A stretch of DNA of 64,000 bases, from positions 37,472 to 101,471 of the forward strand of contig NZ_DAMCID010000016.1 of NCBI RefSeq assembly GCF_032099025.1, written 5' to 3'. Both the position numbers and the translations under genes were made by a program. The notes below the pieces were generated by a model. That model worked only from the letters and a program-made list of their open reading frames with translations. It was not told the DNA's origin and ran no database searches. This document shows, piece by piece, positions 61,856 through 64,000 of this stretch (the first letter of the stretch is position 1; the number at the start of each line of letters is the position of its first letter). This stretch comes from Stenotrophomonas sp. Its GTDB lineage: Bacteria > Pseudomonadota > Gammaproteobacteria > Xanthomonadales > Xanthomonadaceae.

Positions 61856-63223
61856 TTGATCGCTACTGCACACCGCTCCCTGAGCATCATCGGCGCCGGC
61901 CTGGCCGGCTCCCTGCTGGCCATCCTGCTGTCCCGCCAGGGCTGGCGGATCACCCTGTATGAGCGTCGCGGCGACCCGCGCATCAGCGACTACGAATCCG
62001 GCCGCTCGATCAACCTGGCCCTGGCCGAGCGCGGTCGCAATGCCCTGCGCCAGGCCGGCGTCGAAGACGCGGTGATGGCCAAGGCGGTCATGATGCGCGG
62101 GCGCATGGTCCACCCGCGCCACGGCGAACCGCAGCTGCAGCGCTATGGCCGCGACGACAGCGAAGTGATCTGGTCCATCCACCGCAAGGACCTCAATACC
62201 ACGCTGCTGCAGCTGGCCGAAGATGCCGGTGCGCAGGTGCATTTCCACCGCCGCCTGCACACCGTCGATTTCGATGCCGGCTACGCCCGCTTCATCGATG
62301 ACCGCAACGACCACCCGCACGACATCCGTTTCGATACGCTGATCGGCGCCGACGGTGCCGGTTCGGCGCTGCGTGCGGCGATGAACCGCAAGCACCCCTT
62401 GGACGAGCGCATCGACTTCCTGGACCACTCCTACAAGGAGCTGGAGATCCCGCCCACCGAGGACGGCGGCTTCCGCATCGACGCCAATGCCCTGCACATC
62501 TGGCCGCGCGGCAACTACATGTGCATCGCGCTGCCCAACGACGAAGGCACCTTCACCGTCACCCTGTTCCTGCCCAACGAAGGCGAGCCCAGTTTCGCCA
62601 CCACCAACAGCGGTGCCGAGGCCGAGGCGCTGTTCGCGCGCGACTTCCCCGACGCACTGCCGTTGATTCCCAACCTGCGCCGCGACTGGGAAGAACACCC
62701 GCCCGGCCTGCTCGGCACGCTGCACCTGCGCCAGTGGCACCTGCAGGGCCGCGCCGTGCTGATCGGCGATGCCGCCCATGCCATGGTGCCGTTCCACGGC
62801 CAGGGCATGAACTGCGCGTTCGAGGACTGCGTTGCCCTGGCCGGCCACCTGCTGGAGCAGGACAGTCTGGCCGGCGCCTTCGCCGCGTTCGAACGCGACC
62901 GCAAGCCCAATGCCGAGGCCATCCAGCAGATGGCGCTGGAGAACTACCTGGAAATGCGCGACCGCGTGGCCGACCCGGCCTTCCTGCTGCAGCGCGAGCT
63001 GGAGCAGCAGCTGCAGGCACGCTGGCCGACCCGCTTCGTGCCGCACTACACCATGGTGACCTTCCTGCACACGCCGTACGCGGTGGCGCTGCAACGCACC
63101 GAACTGCAACGGCGCATCCTCGCGGACGCCACTGCCGGCCACGACAGCCTGGACCCTATCGACTGGGACGCCCTGGAACGTATCGTGCACGCGCAGCTGC
63201 CGGTGCTGGAGGGCGCGCACTGA
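61856..63223 (+). CDS. kmo: Kynurenine 3-monooxygenase
   Basis: IIGAGLAG, GRSINLAL, GADGAGS, LIGDAAHAMVPFHGQGMNCAFED; TTG start inferred. Confidence 0.93.
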   Translation: MIATAHRSLSIIGAGLAGSLLAILLSRQGWRITLYERRGDPRISDYESGRSINLALAERGRNALRQAGVEDAVMAKAVMMRGRMVHPRHGEPQLQRYGRDDSEVIWSIHRKDLNTTLLQLAEDAGAQVHFHRRLHTVDFDAGYARFIDDRNDHPHDIRFDTLIGADGAGSALRAAMNRKHPLDERIDFLDHSYKELEIPPTEDGGFRIDANALHIWPRGNYMCIALPNDEGTFTVTLFLPNEGEPSFATTNSGAEAEALFARDFPDALPLIPNLRRDWEEHPPGLLGTLHLRQWHLQGRAVLIGDAAHAMVPFHGQGMNCAFEDCVALAGHLLEQDSLAGAFAAFERDRKPNAEAIQQMALENYLEMRDRVADPAFLLQRELEQQLQARWPTRFVPHYTMVTFLHTPYAVALQRTELQRRILADATAGHDSLDPIDWDALERIVHAQLPVLEGAH

Positions 63224-64000
63224 TGGCCGACGACAGCTTCCTGTTCTACGACCTGGAAACCTTCGGCCAGGACCCGCGCCGCACCCGCGTGGCCCAGTTT
63301 GCCGCCATCCGCACCGATGCCGCGCTGAACATCATCGACACGCCGGTGAGCTTCTACGTGAAGCCCGCCGACGACCTGCTGCCCTCGCCGATCGCCACGC
63401 TGATCACCGGCATCACCCCGCAGCACGCGCACGCCGAAGGGGTGAGCGAGGCCGAGGCGTTTTCGCGCATCAACGACCTCATGGCGCGCCCGGGCACCTG
63501 CACGCTCGGCTACAACACGCTGCGCTTCGATGACGAGTTCGTCCGCCACGGGCTGTTCCGCAATTTCTACGATCCCTACGAGCGCGAGTGGCGCAACGGC
63601 AATTCGCGCTGGGACCTGCTGGACATGCTGCGCCTGGCGCACGCGCTGCGCCCCGAGGGCATCGCCTGGCCGCAACGCGAAGACGGCGCCACCTCGTTCA
63701 AGCTCGAACACCTGGCGCTGGCCAATGACGTGCGCCAGGGCGATGCGCACGAAGCGTTGTCGGACGTGCATGCCACCATCGGCATGGCACGGCTGTTCCG
63801 GCAGTCACAGCCGCGGCTGTGGGAGTACGCGCTGAAGCTGCGCGACAAGCGTTTCGTCGGCAGCCTGCTCGATGTGGACGCGATGCAGCCGGTGCTGCAC
63901 GTGTCCATGCGCTACCCCGCCCAGCGCATGTGCGCCGCGCCGGTGCTGCCGATCGCGCGGCACCCGTACATCAACAACCGGGTCATCGCGCTCGACCTGG
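63223..64000 (+). CDS. sbcB: Exodeoxyribonuclease I, 5' part (runs off the right edge)
   Basis: FLFYDLETFG, AQFAAIRTD, GYNTLRFDDEF, HEALSDV.ATI (DEDDh). Confidence 0.95.
   Translation, partial: MADDSFLFYDLETFGQDPRRTRVAQFAAIRTDAALNIIDTPVSFYVKPADDLLPSPIATLITGITPQHAHAEGVSEAEAFSRINDLMARPGTCTLGYNTLRFDDEFVRHGLFRNFYDPYEREWRNGNSRWDLLDMLRLAHALRPEGIAWPQREDGATSFKLEHLALANDVRQGDAHEALSDVHATIGMARLFRQSQPRLWEYALKLRDKRFVGSLLDVDAMQPVLHVSMRYPAQRMCAAPVLPIARHPYINNRVIALDL

Overview
High-GC Xanthomonadaceae chromosomal segment, most likely Stenotrophomonas (inferred from GTAG/SMAG-type REP palindromes, GyrA Gln83 and gene order). Most of the window is core genome: serS (partial), two TonB-CTD genes, aroA-pheA-serC, FHA and PHA-granule genes, the five-step hut pathway (hutC/F divergent from hutI-H-G-U), a TonB receptor, GH92/SGNH/patatin genes, a PQQ dehydrogenase, gyrA, mtnA, epmA, ligA, zipA, smc, rpsF-rpsR-rplI, iscA-like, asnS, can, kynurenine-pathway genes (nbaC, kynU, kmo) and sbcB (partial). 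An accessory stretch from about 26.6 to 36.6 kb holds the best candidates. (1) An unannotated 33-aa peptide gene ending in KYIYWIIF, with its own RBS and a downstream stem-loop, sits directly upstream of an atypical cytochrome P450. This is a candidate P450-crosslinked RiPP system resembling cittilins/atropopeptides. (2) A 2.6-kb low-GC, integrase-less island (PIN-domain protein plus membrane-anchored unknown protein) is bracketed by a 143-bp duplication of the 3' end of an S9 peptidase gene. (3) A HipA-like kinase/DUF3037 pair. (4) A RAYT transposase with its cognate REPs. A candidate ~65-nt sRNA (about 8523-8588) and a pair of structured repeats with covarying arms (54068-54480) were also seen. 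No tRNA, rRNA or CRISPR array was recognised. Family assignments come from motif reading and recall, not from database searches.
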